Positions 1 to 11,612 of a stretch of DNA of 64,000 nucleotides are shown in pieces. The position numbers were made by a program, and so were the translations under genes. Within the stretch, counting starts at the first letter, position 1. Each line of letters opens with the position of its first letter. Source of the stretch: Sedimentisphaerales bacterium (GTDB lineage: Bacteria > Planctomycetota > Phycisphaerae > Sedimentisphaerales > SM23-30). Where the stretch lies: assembly GCA_963663965.2 (NCBI GenBank), contig CAXXFK010000006.1:244891-308890 (forward strand), written 5' to 3'. Under the pieces are notes generated by a model. The model saw only the letters and a program-made list of their open reading frames with translations. It did no database searches and was not told the DNA's origin.

Positions 1-643
1 GAATTATCTGGACAGATAATTCATTGGAAATGTATTTTCGAATAGGTTCTTACTAATGAGATGTGACAAAGTAACAGATCAAAATAGATATTTCAGAGAT
101 ATCGGGATTGAAATAGGTCTTTCAAGAGGACCCAATCAGTTATTTCGAGTAAATGACTGAGAAATAGCTGATTAGAAGAGAGTAGAGACTAAGTTTTTAA
201 TCGGTTGTTTCTGTCCGGTTATTTCGTGGATCGTTACGTATATTAAAGATTATATAGCTGAACTGGATTTTCAGTCAGTCGGGGTGTCTCTGGTGGATCA
301 ACTTTGGAGGTGTAACAATCTATAATGCATATATGTCAGAAATGCTAATCAAGAGAGGCTATTTAAATATTGAACTGATTGGCTCTAAAAAGAATGATGA
401 CCCAACTCAAAGTGTAATTCCACAGAACCACTGGGGCCAACGGATCAAATGAACGTTAGTCGTGTCTGATTAGCCTCTTAGATTAAAATTTGATTTCTAT
501 AAACGATAGGTATGGGCGGCCCAGTATTTGCTCTTTATAAAATCTTAGTTGATAAACCTTTTGGTGGGGAATAAAATAATTTTTTATTGGATTATATTTT
601 TATTATTTCGGTTTTAGTTCTAAATAGCTCATATTGGTGTTAA

Positions 644-2253
644 ATGTCAAAAATCTCAATCTCATAAGGAATCGATTCTAGTCTCTTGGATTGGTCATGC
701 GGACCTCAAGGGAATGGCCGAAAAATGTTCCAATAGCATTCAGAAGGCGATTAGAAATGAGATAAATTTTAAAGATGAATGGCCAGTTTATGGTTCTGGC
801 CCCTTACAGACATGCATTGGTAATATTGAATTTGATAAAATTTGCCTTCTAAGTAACTATCCTAATACTATTAATCGTGCCTGTTTAAAATTACTTGGAA
901 ATAATGTCGAGATACAATCAGTAAACCTGGAAAAGGACAAATTGGTAGATTATCCTGCTATATACGATGTAGCTACTAAATTACTCGAAGAAATTAATTG
1001 CAAATATAAATTCTGCGATTTATCAATTTTATTGAGTCCAGGTACGCCTACCATGACAGCAACATGGGTTTTATTGGGAAAAACAAAATTTCCAGCGAGG
1101 TTCTATCAAACCTATAATGGTGAAGTCTGGGAATCGAATATTCCATTTGATCTGACTTTGGATGTACTTCCTGAGTTAATGCAAGGAAGTGACGCTCTTT
1201 TTCATCATCTTGCTTTACAGAGCCCTCAGGAAGTCCCAGGTTTTGAAGGAATTATCGGAGATAGCAAAGCCATACGACTTGCTGTTGGGAGGGCTATAAA
1301 GGCTGCCATCAGGGATGTTTCGGTATTAATAACAGGAGAAAGCGGCACCGGTAAGGAGATGTTTGCAAAGGCGATTCACGAGGCCAGTTCCCGCCGTTAA
1401 AAAACATTTTGAAGCAATCAATTGTGCGGCGTTACCCACTACATTGCTGGAATCACTGTTATTTGGGTATAAAAAGGGGGCATTTACCGGGGCGGTAAAA
1501 GATCATGTTGGATTATTGAAATCCCTGGATGGTGGAACCTTGTTTCTGGATGAAATTGGCGAAAGCGAGCCCGCTTTTCAGGCCAAGTTACTCAGGGTAT
1601 TACAACCACCGTCAGGCGTAAGCTCGACAATTAGAGAATTTACTCCAGTTGGCGGTACGCATCCCGAACGAAGTGATGTTCGGATTATTGCCGCCACTAA
1701 CAGGGATCTCCTCTTGGAAATTCAGAATGGAACCTTTCGAGATGATCTTTATTACCGTATTGCCCATATTTCGATTCATCTGCCTGCTCTGAGAGAGCGG
1801 AAAATCGATATTGTGCCGATAGCTGAGGCTATGCTCAACGCCATCAACAAGGAGTTTCAAGCCCAGGATTCTTGTTTTAAGCACAAAATATTTTCTTCTA
1901 ACACAAAAATATTTCTAAAAAACCACTCATGGAGGGGCAATGTCCGGGAATTGAACAATGTTATTCTTCAAACTGTCGTCATGTCCAATACCGACACAAT
2001 CCAGCTAGATGAAATCAAGGCAGCGATGGCTGAAATGCCTGGATCTTCCGTTTCGGATGATATTTTAAATAGACCTTTTGATGAAAATTTCAATATAAAT
2101 GAATTGTTGAAAAATCTGCAAGTCCATTATATACAGAGAGCTATGAAAGAGGCTGGTAATAACAAAACAAAGGCAGCTCGAATGCTTGGATTAAATAGCT
2201 ACCAGGCGCTTAATGACCAATTGGATCGTCTTAATATCAAATTAAAGAGGTGA
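644..2253 (+). CDS. Sigma-54-dependent transcriptional activator (NtrC/PspF-type AAA+ and Fis HTH) with RtcR/CARF-like N-terminal domain; split by two apparent single-base frameshifts (~650 and ~1397)
   Basis: The frame upstream of the 714 ATG reads ILVSWIGHADL. Motifs: LSPGTPTM, Walker A GESGTGKE, INCAA, GAFTGA, Walker B LFLDEIGE, WRGNVREL, C-terminal NKTKAARMLGL. ORFs 714..1400 and 1363..2253 join if one T is removed at cgccgttaaaaaacat. Confidence 0.88.
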
Positions 2254-2295
2254 GTTATTTGAAAACCAGATTTTTTTTTTCGGGCTCAATATTTG

Positions 2296-2311
2296 TGGCA
2301 TGGCGATTGCT
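2296..2311 (+). promoter_or_regulatory. Sigma-54 (-24/-12) promoter upstream of hsdR
   Basis: TGGCATGGCGATTGCT matches TGGCAY-N5-TTGCW with exact GG/GC spacing. It lies just downstream of the sigma-54 activator gene and about 80 bp before the hsdR ATG at 2393. Confidence 0.8.
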
Positions 2312-2392
2312 TTATTTTCTAGCATGGAAAAACCATTGCAACAAAATCAATCTGAAACCAGCCAATCTGGGCATCGGGAGGGCGAAGAGATC

Positions 2393-5300
2393 ATGAAATC
2401 GATCAATTTCGAGTTTCTTCGCGCCGATTGGCAACAACTGGCTTCATTGGCCGGGTTCGCGGAATATTACAGTCATCCAGATCCGGTTAGTTCCTTGATC
2501 AAGATGCGGACTTATCTGGAGCAGATTGTCGAGCTGGTTTATGATCGTTTTGGTTTTTCCCGGCCATATAATCCAAGTCTGCATGAACTTTTGAATACTC
2601 CTGAATTTAAGCGGGTTATTCCTACCACCGTGCAGACGATTATGCACGCCATTCGGGTTAATGGCAATCGTGCCGTCCATCGTAACGAAGGTACCACGGA
2701 AAAAGCATTACAGGCTATTAAGGATGGATTTCACCTGGCTCAATGGGTATTTCTGACCTTTACCCAGCAGGATAAATCAGTGTTGCCGGCCTATCGCCAG
2801 CCCACACCCGAAGATTTTGGCCTGACCGCCAAGGCTGAACTCAAACGCCAGAAAAAGAGCCTGCTGCAAAAACTGGAAGCCCAGGAAGCCCAGATGCAGC
2901 AGCTTCTGGACGAACTGACCAGGGCCCGCGAACAAGCCCAGGCCGCTCAATTGTCCGAGCAGGAGATGCGGGCACAGATTCAGGCCGCCCAATATTCATG
3001 CAGCGTGCTGGACTTTTCAGAGGCCCAAACCCGAAAATACCTGATTGATGTCATGTTGGCCGATGCCGGCTGGAATGTGGGGGCCAAAGGCCAGAATACC
3101 ACCGAGGTGGGGCAAGAGGTTGAAATTCCGCACCAATCCACCCCGACAGGCATTGGGTATGCCGACTATGTCCTTTATGAAGATGATGGCCACACCCCGC
3201 TGGCTGTGATTGAAGCCAAGAAAACAGCCAAAGATGTCAACGAAGGCCGCCAGCAGGCCAAGTCTTACGCCGATGGCCTGGAACAGCAAACCGGCCACCG
3301 CCCCATGATATTCTATACCAATGGATTTGACCTATGGCTCTGGGATGACAAACAAGGCTATGTTCCCCGTCAGATCTGGGGATTCTATTCCAAGGATAGT
3401 ATCCGGTTTGTTTTGCGGCAACGGACCGCAGCACAGAATTTGCAAACAGTTAAGCTTGGCAAAGATATCATTGATCGTGATTATCAGTATGAGGCAGTAA
3501 CCCAAGTTTTAGAAAACTTCCAGAACCGCCGGCGCAAGGCATTGATCGTTCAGGCGACCGGAACCGGTAAAACACGGGTGGCCATCGCTCTCAGCGAGGC
3601 GTTGGTTCGGGCCGGCTGGGTCAAGCGGATATTATTCCTGTGCGATCGGCGCGAACTGAGAAAGCAGGCCAAAGACACTTTTACCCGCTTTTTGCCTAAT
3701 GAGCCGGTAGTTTATATTAGTGCCTCGACCAGCCTGCAAACCCATCACAAGGTCTATCTGGCCACCTATCCGGCCATGATGAAGTGCTATACCAATTTCG
3801 ATCCGGGTTTTTTCGACCTGATCATTGCCGATGAATCCCATCGCAGTATTTACAACCGCTACCGGGACCTGTTTTTCTGGTATGACTCCTTGCAAGTGGG
3901 CTTAACTGCCACACCAGTCAGTATGATTCAAAGGAATACTTATGATCTGTTCGAGTGTCCGGCAGATAATCCCACGGCCCATTACGATTTTGAAAAGGCC
4001 GTTACTGACGGGTATCTATGCCCCTTTGAAGTCAAAACCTTCACCACGCCATTTTTACGCGAGGGAATCAAATATTCCCAGATGACTAAAGAACAGCGTG
4101 AGCAGTTGGAAGCCCAGGAAACGGTCCCACAGGATATTGAATTTGAACAGGGTATGGTGGATAAGTATATTTTCAATCGGGACACCAACAAGCTGATCCT
4201 GAAAAATCTGATGGACAACGGCATTCGTATCAAAGACGGCAGCCAGATCGGCAAGACCATTATCTTTGCCCGCAGCCACAATCATGCCATTCTGCTGCAA
4301 AAGCTGTTTGATGAGATGTATCCCCAATATGGCGGCAATTTCTGCCGGGTCATCGACAATTACGATCCCCGCGCCAGCGAACTGATCGACGATTTCAAGG
4401 GCATCGGCCGCAATCATGATCTGACCATCGCCATATCGGTTGACATGCTCGACACCGGCATCGATGTCCCGGAAATAGTCAACCTGGTCTTTGCCAAGCC
4501 GGTCTATTCCTATGTCAAATTCTGGCAGATGATCGGCCGCGGCACCCGGTTATGCGAAAAACCTTTTCGGCCCCGGCCAACATAAACAGGTTTTTCGTAT
4601 TTTTGACCATTGGGGTGTGTTCGAGTTTTTTGACGAGCAATACCAGGCCGCCGATGACTCCCGTACCGCTAAGAGTCTCCAGCAGTTGGTATTCGAAGAT
4701 CGTCTCAAACTGGCCCAGACTGCCCTGGATCTGCAAAAACAGGATGCCTTCGACCTGGCCACCCGCCTGATACTGGAGGATATCAAGAGCCTGGACGAAA
4801 ACCAGTCCATCGATATCCGCGGCAAATGGCGCGATATCAAGCTGCTGCAGAAAGACGGCGTCATCCGGCAATTTGCCCCGGCCACCCGTGCCCTGCTCAA
4901 TAACGATATCGCCCCGCTGATGAAATGGCGCAATATCACCGGCTACCAGGAGGCTTACCTGTTCGACCGGCTGTGCTGTCAGCTCCAGCACGAACTTGTG
5001 ACCGGTGGATCCCAATTTAACGACCTCAAAGACGATCTGCTCAATCAGGTACATGAACTGCCCATCAATTTGAACGCGGTCCGCGCCAAAATCGCCACGA
5101 TCAACCAGGTGAATTCCGGCGCGTTCTGGACCCAGCCGACAGTTGAATCAATCGAGACGGTTCGCGTCGAACTGCGCGGCGTTATGAAGTATCGGCAAAA
5201 TGAAACCGGCTCTGGTCAGCGATTCCAGCCCAAGGTCATCGATATCGCCGAAGAAGATGATTTAATCGAGAGCAAAGACTACCAGCCCAAAATCAAGGGC

Positions 5301-5795
5301 CTGCAGCTGATCGAATACCGTCACCGGGTCCAGGCGGTGTTAGAGGCCCTGATGGAAAGCTCGCCGGCCCTGCAAAAAATCCGGCTCGGCGAGCCTGTTA
5401 GCGAAACCGAACTCAAGGAACTGGCCGCGCTGGTGGTGGCCCAGGAGCCCGACCTCAAACTGGAAGACCTGGCTGACTATTTTCCGCAGGCCGGCTCGAT
5501 CGAAGCAGTCATCCGCGGCATTGTCGGCCTGGACGCCGACCAGGTGGGCCGACGGTTCAGTGAATTCATCAAGACCCATACGCTGAATTCCACCCAGTTG
5601 CGGTTTCTCGACCTGCTCAAAACCTTTATCGCCCGGCATGGCAAAATCGAGGTCAGCGATCTCTACGAAGATCCCTTTACCTCACTCAATCCCGATGGAA
5701 TCGATGGTGTGTTCGATGACAGCCTGGCCGATGAACTGATTATATTGATTCAGGAATACCAATCTGATACTGATGATAATGCGGAGGTTTCGTGA
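2393..5795 (+). CDS. hsdR: Type I restriction enzyme R subunit (N-terminal DUF4145-like domain, EcoEI-type C-terminus); one apparent +1 frameshift at 4557-4561
   Basis: Nuclease motif ADYVL..AVIEAKK; helicase motifs QATGTGKT, DESHRS, GLTATP, DMLDTGIDVP, QMIGRGTR. Removing one A from tgcgaaaaacc gives [27 protein letters not shown] and joins the two ORFs. The start is set at 2393 because the 2300 ATG lies inside the promoter. Confidence 0.93.
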
Positions 5796-6559
5796 TGAGC
5801 AGACCAGATTATAATGAATGGCGATTGAGCGACCATTTTAAAAATGTATTTGAGAATCGCAAAGATGAGAGATTCTATGTCGATGAAAATATCCAAAAAG
5901 CGGCCAAGTTTCAGGCGAAGGCTATAATTGATGGGGCTACTGATTTAGTGGCTGATAATTCTGTTTCACAAGCCTTTCATATCCTTGATTATCTACAAGA
6001 AGATTCAGGGGAAGATGCTAAAAAGAATGAAATCAAGTGGTATGTTTATGAGATTATTGATGAGCTATTGGGGCACGAAGTAGTTGAAATGCAAGTTCGG
6101 GCCGAAAAACGGATTCTTAAGCTGGTTGCTTTGATGGAAAAACAGGGAGTTGATGCAGAAATCAGGCATTTTCTTAATGAAGCAACAAAATGTTATCTTT
6201 ATGGTTTTGATATCCAGTGTATCATTATGTGTCGTTCCGTTTTAGATGCCTACTTTGAACAATTGATACCCGATAATACCTGTCGTGATAATAAGGCATG
6301 TATTGATGATAAAGAAAAATACTATGTATTAGCGGATCGAATTAAAGTGGCAGAGTACATTGGCATGATTAGTCAAGGTCTCGACACTGAGTTTCTCAGA
6401 AAGATAAAAGACGCTGCTAACAAGCAGATTCACCCGAGCCGATGGGATAAGAAATCTAATGGGTGCAGTCGCATTCATGTTACCGAAGAGTTTGTGTGGG
6501 ATATATTGGTAAGAACGGTCTTGGTTATCAAAAACATAAAGGAGCATGCCCATGGCTAA
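5792..6559 (+). CDS. DUF4145/HEPN-like protein
   Basis: Pattern EA..CY..G.....IIMCRSVLD..., LADRI, and KIKDAANKQIH (Rx4-6H-like). Overlaps the hsdR stop. Confidence 0.6.
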   Translation: MMSRPDYNEWRLSDHFKNVFENRKDERFYVDENIQKAAKFQAKAIIDGATDLVADNSVSQAFHILDYLQEDSGEDAKKNEIKWYVYEIIDELLGHEVVEMQVRAEKRILKLVALMEKQGVDAEIRHFLNEATKCYLYGFDIQCIIMCRSVLDAYFEQLIPDNTCRDNKACIDDKEKYYVLADRIKVAEYIGMISQGLDTEFLRKIKDAANKQIHPSRWDKKSNGCSRIHVTEEFVWDILVRTVLVIKNIKEHAHG

Positions 6560-6767
6560 AATTGTACAAGGCGCCACTTTTGTCAGCAAAGGCACTGAAT
6601 ATATATTGGACTATGGCCCCAAAGGTAACTTGCGGCCTTACACTGGAGGGCCGGTAAAGAAGGCCATGAAAACCCGCAATCCCTATATCATTGGCGGGGC
6701 TGTTGTTTTGGCTGTTGTAGTTGGGATCGGAGTCTGGTATTGCAACAAGCGAAAACATAACAATTAA
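6552..6767 (+). CDS. Small protein with a C-terminal transmembrane helix
   Basis: Hydrophobic IIGGAVVLAVVVGIGVWY followed by a basic tail. AAGGAG RBS upstream; located inside the operon. Confidence 0.5.
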   Translation: MAKIVQGATFVSKGTEYILDYGPKGNLRPYTGGPVKKAMKTRNPYIIGGAVVLAVVVGIGVWYCNKRKHNN

Positions 6768-6801
6768 AAAAATTGATAATCTATAAAATGAAAGGTAATT
6801 C

Positions 6802-8358
6802 ATGATAACCGGCGCTTTAAAGGGCAAAATTGACAAACTCTGGGAAGAATTCTGGACCGGGGGCATTACCAATCCGCTGACGGTGATCGAGCAGATATCT
6901 TTTCTCATGTTCGCCCGCAACCTGGACCAGCTCGAGAGCATCAACGAGCGTAAGGCCCGGCGGACCGGCGGCAAGGGTATCAAACGGGTCTTTGACGGGC
7001 CGGATGATAAACGGCGCTGGAAGAACCTGATGCAGATATCCGAGACCGACGCGCTACTTCGTACGGTGCGGGATGAGGTATTTCCCCATTTCAGGGAGAT
7101 CGGCGGCGAGGAGACCACCTTCAGCGAGTATATGGCCGACGCCCAACTGATGATCCAGAAACCGTCACTGCTCTACAAGGCCATGAAAATGGTGGATGAG
7201 CTGCCGCTGGTGCATTCCGATGCCAAGGGCGACCTCTACGAATACCTGCTCAGCAAGCTGACCACCGCCGGCATCAACGGCCAGTTCCGCACGCCCCGGC
7301 ATATCATCGACATGATGGTTGAGCTGCTCGACCCCAAATCCACCCATACCATCGCCGATCCGGCCTGCGGCACGGGCGGTTTTCTGGTACAGGCCTACGA
7401 ATACCTCCGCAAAAAATACACCTCGCCCGAAGGCCGGATTGAAAACCCGGAGGATCCTTCCGGCGAGCCCATCTATTCAGCCGACCTGCTCAGCGCCGAG
7501 GAGCGGGCCCATATCCATAACGATATGTTCTTCGGCTTCGATTTTGATGTGACCATGCTGCGGATCGCCTCGATGAACCTGATCCTGCACGGCCTGGACA
7601 ACCCCAATATCCACTATTGCGATACCCTCTCAGGAAAGATGACCGAGCTGTTTCCCAAGCTGGCGGTCAATAAGTTTGACCTGATCCTGGCCAATCCCCC
7701 CTTTAAAGGTTCGCTCGACGCCGAAGATGTGGCGCCGTCGCTCGCCGGCAAGGTCAAAACCAAAAAAACCGAGCTGCTGTTCCTGGCGCTCATGATCCGC
7801 ATGCTCAAACTGGGCGGCCGCTGCGCGGTGATTGTGCCCGATGGCGTACTGTTCGGCTCTTCCAACGCCCACCGCGATCTGCGCAAGATGCTGGTCGAGA
7901 ACAACCAGCTCGAGGCCGTGATTTCGCTGCCGTCCGGCGTATTCAAACCCTACGCCGGTGTCTCCACGGCCGTACTGGTCTTTGCCAAAGGTGATGAAAA
8001 AGCCGAAGGCCAGACCGAGCGGGTGTTTTTCTTCGATGTGCAGGCGGATGGATTCAGTCTGGATGATAAACGAACCTCGATCGGTGACAATGATCTGCCG
8101 GAGGTGGTTAAACAGTGGAAAAAGTGGAATCATGGCGACAAGAAAGCGCTGAAGCATTTTACCGACCGGACTCAGAAGGCCTTTTTTGTGATCCGTGAGG
8201 AGATTGTTCAGCAAGGATATGACCTGTCCATTGGCCGGTATAAAGAGCATGTCTACGAAGAAGTGCAATACGATCCTCCGAAGGTTATTTTAAAGCGGTT
8301 GAAAAAGTTGGAAGAGGATATTGTTGCCGACCTCAAGGAATTGGAGGCGATGATTTAA
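6802..8358 (+). CDS. hsdM: Type I RM methyltransferase M subunit (N6-adenine)
   Basis: [33 protein letters not shown]. Confidence 0.96.
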   Translation: MITGALKGKIDKLWEEFWTGGITNPLTVIEQISFLMFARNLDQLESINERKARRTGGKGIKRVFDGPDDKRRWKNLMQISETDALLRTVRDEVFPHFREIGGEETTFSEYMADAQLMIQKPSLLYKAMKMVDELPLVHSDAKGDLYEYLLSKLTTAGINGQFRTPRHIIDMMVELLDPKSTHTIADPACGTGGFLVQAYEYLRKKYTSPEGRIENPEDPSGEPIYSADLLSAEERAHIHNDMFFGFDFDVTMLRIASMNLILHGLDNPNIHYCDTLSGKMTELFPKLAVNKFDLILANPPFKGSLDAEDVAPSLAGKVKTKKTELLFLALMIRMLKLGGRCAVIVPDGVLFGSSNAHRDLRKMLVENNQLEAVISLPSGVFKPYAGVSTAVLVFAKGDEKAEGQTERVFFFDVQADGFSLDDKRTSIGDNDLPEVVKQWKKWNHGDKKALKHFTDRTQKAFFVIREEIVQQGYDLSIGRYKEHVYEEVQYDPPKVILKRLKKLEEDIVADLKELEAMI

Positions 8359-9404
8359 TGAATCAATTCAATCCCCAATTTACCATAACCAACGCCATGA
8401 CCGACGCCCTGACCCGGATCGAGCGGGCGCGGGGCTTCCTCGAAGCCGCCACGCTTTCAGAAGATTGGATCGCCCGGATGAGCCGGCGGGCGCTGCTGCT
8501 CGAAGCGCATCATACCACGCACATCGAAGGCACACAGTTGACGCTGGAGCAGGCGCAGAAACTCTGGGATGGCGAAACGATCGACACCGTCGATGCGGAC
8601 GACCGGAGGGAATTGCTGAACTATCGCAACGCGTTCAATCTGGTGGCGGAGTATCTCACCGGGGGCGCTCCCATTACCGAGGCTCTGATCCGCGAAATTC
8701 ACCATCGGCTGGTCGAAGGCGTCCGCGGCGGCAAAGGCCAGCCGGGCCGCTATCGCACCATCCAGAATTATGTCGTCAACAGCCAGACCGGCCAGGTGGT
8801 TTACACGCCCCCGGCCCCGGGCGATGTTCCAGGAATGATGCGGCAACTGGTCGAATGGCTGGCCGCCGACAGCGAAATCCACCCGGTTTTGGTTTCGGGG
8901 ATCGCGCAGTTTCAACTGGTTCATATCCACCCGTTTGTCGATGGCAACGGTAGAACCTCGCGGCTGCTTTCGACCCTGTGCCTCTATCGCAGCGGTTTCG
9001 ACTTCAAAAGGCTGTTCACCATCAGCGAATATTATGACCGCAACCGCGGGGAATTTTATCAGGCGTTACAGCAGGTGCGCGAACGGGACATGGACCTGAC
9101 TATCTGGCTGGACTATTTCCTCACCGGCCTGGCCACCCAACTGGAAGAAACCAAACATATCGGAAAAACCGCGATCGAAATAGACATCATCGCCCACGAA
9201 CATAACCTAAACCCACGGCAAAAACAGGCGCTGGAATATCTGATTATCCGTGGCTCCCTGACCATTGCCGTCTATCAGGAACTCTGTCCCGATGCCAATC
9301 GCCGGACACTGCAGAGAGACCTTAAAGCCCTTATTGCCATAGACTTAGTGTCAACCAGCGGCGCGACCAACAACCTGACTTACACCTTGAAAGGCCGGGA
9401 TTAA
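8358..9404 (+). CDS. Fic-family protein with C-terminal DeoR-like HTH
   Basis: Fic motif [12 protein letters not shown], inhibitory-helix-like TTHIEG, C-terminal RRTLQRDL. Coupled to hsdM by TAATG. Confidence 0.92.
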   Translation: MNQFNPQFTITNAMTDALTRIERARGFLEAATLSEDWIARMSRRALLLEAHHTTHIEGTQLTLEQAQKLWDGETIDTVDADDRRELLNYRNAFNLVAEYLTGGAPITEALIREIHHRLVEGVRGGKGQPGRYRTIQNYVVNSQTGQVVYTPPAPGDVPGMMRQLVEWLAADSEIHPVLVSGIAQFQLVHIHPFVDGNGRTSRLLSTLCLYRSGFDFKRLFTISEYYDRNRGEFYQALQQVRERDMDLTIWLDYFLTGLATQLEETKHIGKTAIEIDIIAHEHNLNPRQKQALEYLIIRGSLTIAVYQELCPDANRRTLQRDLKALIAIDLVSTSGATNNLTYTLKGRD

Positions 9405-9407
9405 TGA

Positions 9408-9463
9408 ACTTGCGACATACTTGCGACATGACTCGCGACAACTTGCGACACAAACTTGCGACA
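9408..9463 (+). repeat. Five copies of ACT(T/C)GCGACA between fic and hsdS
   Basis: Copies start at 9408, 9419, 9431, 9441 and 9454. Confidence 0.9.
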
Positions 9464-9498
9464 TGGCCCACCGGCAGAAACGAACTGGGGGTGAGGAT

Positions 9499-10728
9499 AT
9501 GATGAAAATGTCGTATAATATCAAACTGGGTGATGTATCAAAATTTATTAGAGGAATTACATTTAAACCAGAAGACAAAGTGGCGTTAGGTTCAGATGAT
9601 GCAGTTGTTTGCATGAGAACCAAAAATGTACAAGCTGAACTAGATGAAACAGATTTGATAGCCGTACCTTCAGTATTTGTAAGACGAAAAGAGCAGTATC
9701 TGAAAGATGGTGATATTCTAATCTCGACTGCAAATAGTTGGGAATTAGTAGGCAAATGTTCATGGATTGAAAATTTGAAATTCAAATCCACCGCAGGTGG
9801 ATTTATCTCCATCCTTCGAGGTAACCAAAACAAAATCAACTCTCGCTATTTGTATCACTGGTTGGCTTCTCCTCCAATACAGCATGCTTTGCGACACTGT
9901 GGAAGGCAGACAACTAATATTTCAAATTTGTCTTTCGAACAAGCAAATTCGATTATAATCCCCATCCCTTACGCCGACAACCCGGAAAAGAGCTTAGCCG
10001 AGCAGCGGCGCATCGCCGCGATCCTGGACCAGGCCGACGCCATCCGAAAAAAACGACAACAGGCCATCAACGAACTCAACAACCTCATCCCCGCTATCTT
10101 TGCTAAGTGTTTCGGGAAATATATTGATGATAAGTCATGCTATGTTGATCTGGCAAATGTCTCGGAGATTGTTTCAGGAGTAACAAAAGGTAGGAAATTT
10201 AATGGCAAAAAAACCATTATATTACCCTATTTAAGAGTCGCAAATGTTCAAGATGGGTATCTGGAACTTTCTGAAATAAAAGAGATTGAAGCGTTGCCGG
10301 AAGACTTGGAAAAATACCGTCTAGAATATGGGGATATACTCCTGACGGAAGGTGGCGATTTTGACAAATTAGGGCGTGGCACAATGTGGGAAGGACAAAT
10401 TGAAAATTGCATTCATCAAAACCATGTGTTTCGAGTCAGGGTGAACCATGAAATATTATTACCAGAGTATTTTGATAGTTTTCTACAGACGCAAGCTGCC
10501 AAGTATTATTTTCTACGATGTGCAAAAAAAACATCAAATTTGGCTAGCATCAATATGACTCAACTACGAAAACTGCCGATTCCAATTCCTGATATGAATA
10601 TTCAAAAGAAATATGCAGATTCCTATCACAAGCACAATGAAATGTCAAAATTTTTGGGACGCACTTATCTTGAAACAGATGCACTATTTATGAGTTTGGT
10701 TCAACAAGTATTTAAGGGGAATCTATGA
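9499..10728 (+). CDS. hsdS: Type I RM specificity subunit
   Basis: Two target recognition domains (TRDs) separated by the conserved helix LAEQRRIAAILDQADAIRKKRQQA; IPIPD..IQKKY near the C-terminus. GAGGA RBS before ATG 9499. Confidence 0.93.
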   Translation: MMKMSYNIKLGDVSKFIRGITFKPEDKVALGSDDAVVCMRTKNVQAELDETDLIAVPSVFVRRKEQYLKDGDILISTANSWELVGKCSWIENLKFKSTAGGFISILRGNQNKINSRYLYHWLASPPIQHALRHCGRQTTNISNLSFEQANSIIIPIPYADNPEKSLAEQRRIAAILDQADAIRKKRQQAINELNNLIPAIFAKCFGKYIDDKSCYVDLANVSEIVSGVTKGRKFNGKKTIILPYLRVANVQDGYLELSEIKEIEALPEDLEKYRLEYGDILLTEGGDFDKLGRGTMWEGQIENCIHQNHVFRVRVNHEILLPEYFDSFLQTQAAKYYFLRCAKKTSNLASINMTQLRKLPIPIPDMNIQKKYADSYHKHNEMSKFLGRTYLETDALFMSLVQQVFKGNL

Positions 10729-11348
10729 CAATTGATGGCAAAGAAACATTGTATCTTACATTGGCTTTTGTAGTACCTGGCTTTATTTGGCATTACATTT
10801 TAACCTTATTTCAGCCAAGTAAGACACCCAATAATCAGATGTTATTACTTCGGTTTCTGGCGCTTAGTTGTTTTAATTATGCCATATGGTCATGGCTTGT
10901 GTTCAAGTTGATAAACACCTCCTATGCCAGGGATAATCGGTCAGAGCTTGCATGGTTATGGACCGTAATTATTTTTATTAGTCCTGCTGGTTTAGGGTTA
11001 TTAACAGGCTGTCTAAACCAAATAGGATTTGTAAGAATTGCTTTCAATAAGATGGGATTGATTGCCATGCATTCAATCCCGACTGCATGGGATTATAAGT
11101 TCTTTCATACGCAAACCTGCGTATGGGTACAAATCCACTTGAAAAATGGCAAAATGATTGCCGGGCTATATGGCTCAGAGTCTTTTGCCTCCTCTGATCC
11201 TGAAGAACGCGATCTTTACCTCCAGAAGGCGGTTAGGATTGATAATGATGGAAATTGGGTGAAACTTGATCGAAGTGATGGTGTATTAATAAAAGGTGAT
11301 ATGATTGAATACATTGAGTTTATTAGAGATAAACAAGGAAACTTATGA
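10725..11348 (+). CDS. Membrane protein, DUF6338-like
   Basis: VPGFI N-terminal helix and three hydrophobic segments, then PTAWDY.F, WVQIHLKNGKMIAG.YG..SFAS, RDLYL. Confidence 0.7.
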   Translation: MTIDGKETLYLTLAFVVPGFIWHYILTLFQPSKTPNNQMLLLRFLALSCFNYAIWSWLVFKLINTSYARDNRSELAWLWTVIIFISPAGLGLLTGCLNQIGFVRIAFNKMGLIAMHSIPTAWDYKFFHTQTCVWVQIHLKNGKMIAGLYGSESFASSDPEERDLYLQKAVRIDNDGNWVKLDRSDGVLIKGDMIEYIEFIRDKQGNL

Positions 11349-11509
11349 TGGCAAAAGACCCAAAACAATCGTCAGCGGAAAATAGAGGTTATCAACCAAC
11401 TGGCAGAGAAATTAAGCCTGGAACAACATCCGGGTATCAACCCCCTAAAAAAGAGGGACCTGAAGGCGGGAATCCTCCAAAAAAAGAAGATACGATTGAA
11501 GGAAAATAG
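11345..11509 (+). CDS. 54-aa Pro/Gly-rich peptide with two GYQP motifs (below the ORF-track cutoff)
   Basis: MMAKDPKQSSAENRGYQPTGREIKPGTTSGYQPPKKEGPEGGNPPKKEDTIEGK*. ATGA overlap with the upstream stop; AAGGA RBS. Confidence 0.55.
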   Translation: MMAKDPKQSSAENRGYQPTGREIKPGTTSGYQPPKKEGPEGGNPPKKEDTIEGK

Positions 11510-11612
11510 TTCTCATTCAATAGATAAAAATTGGGAATATTGAACAGGGATCAAGCCAAAATAGTATTCAAAAAGCGTTTTGATAAATAACATAATTAAA
11601 AAGAGGTGACTT

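Noticed and set aside
1..452. Possible gene tail at the window start
   Set aside because: Only short open stretches broken by stops; no recognisable motif.
2300..2392. N-terminal extension of HsdR in the ORF track
   Set aside because: The ATG lies inside the sigma-54 promoter; 2393 has an upstream purine-rich tract and a typical MKSINFEFL start.
9408..9463. CRISPR array
   Set aside because: Repeats are 10 bp with 0-3 bp gaps, there are no spacers, and no cas genes are in the window.
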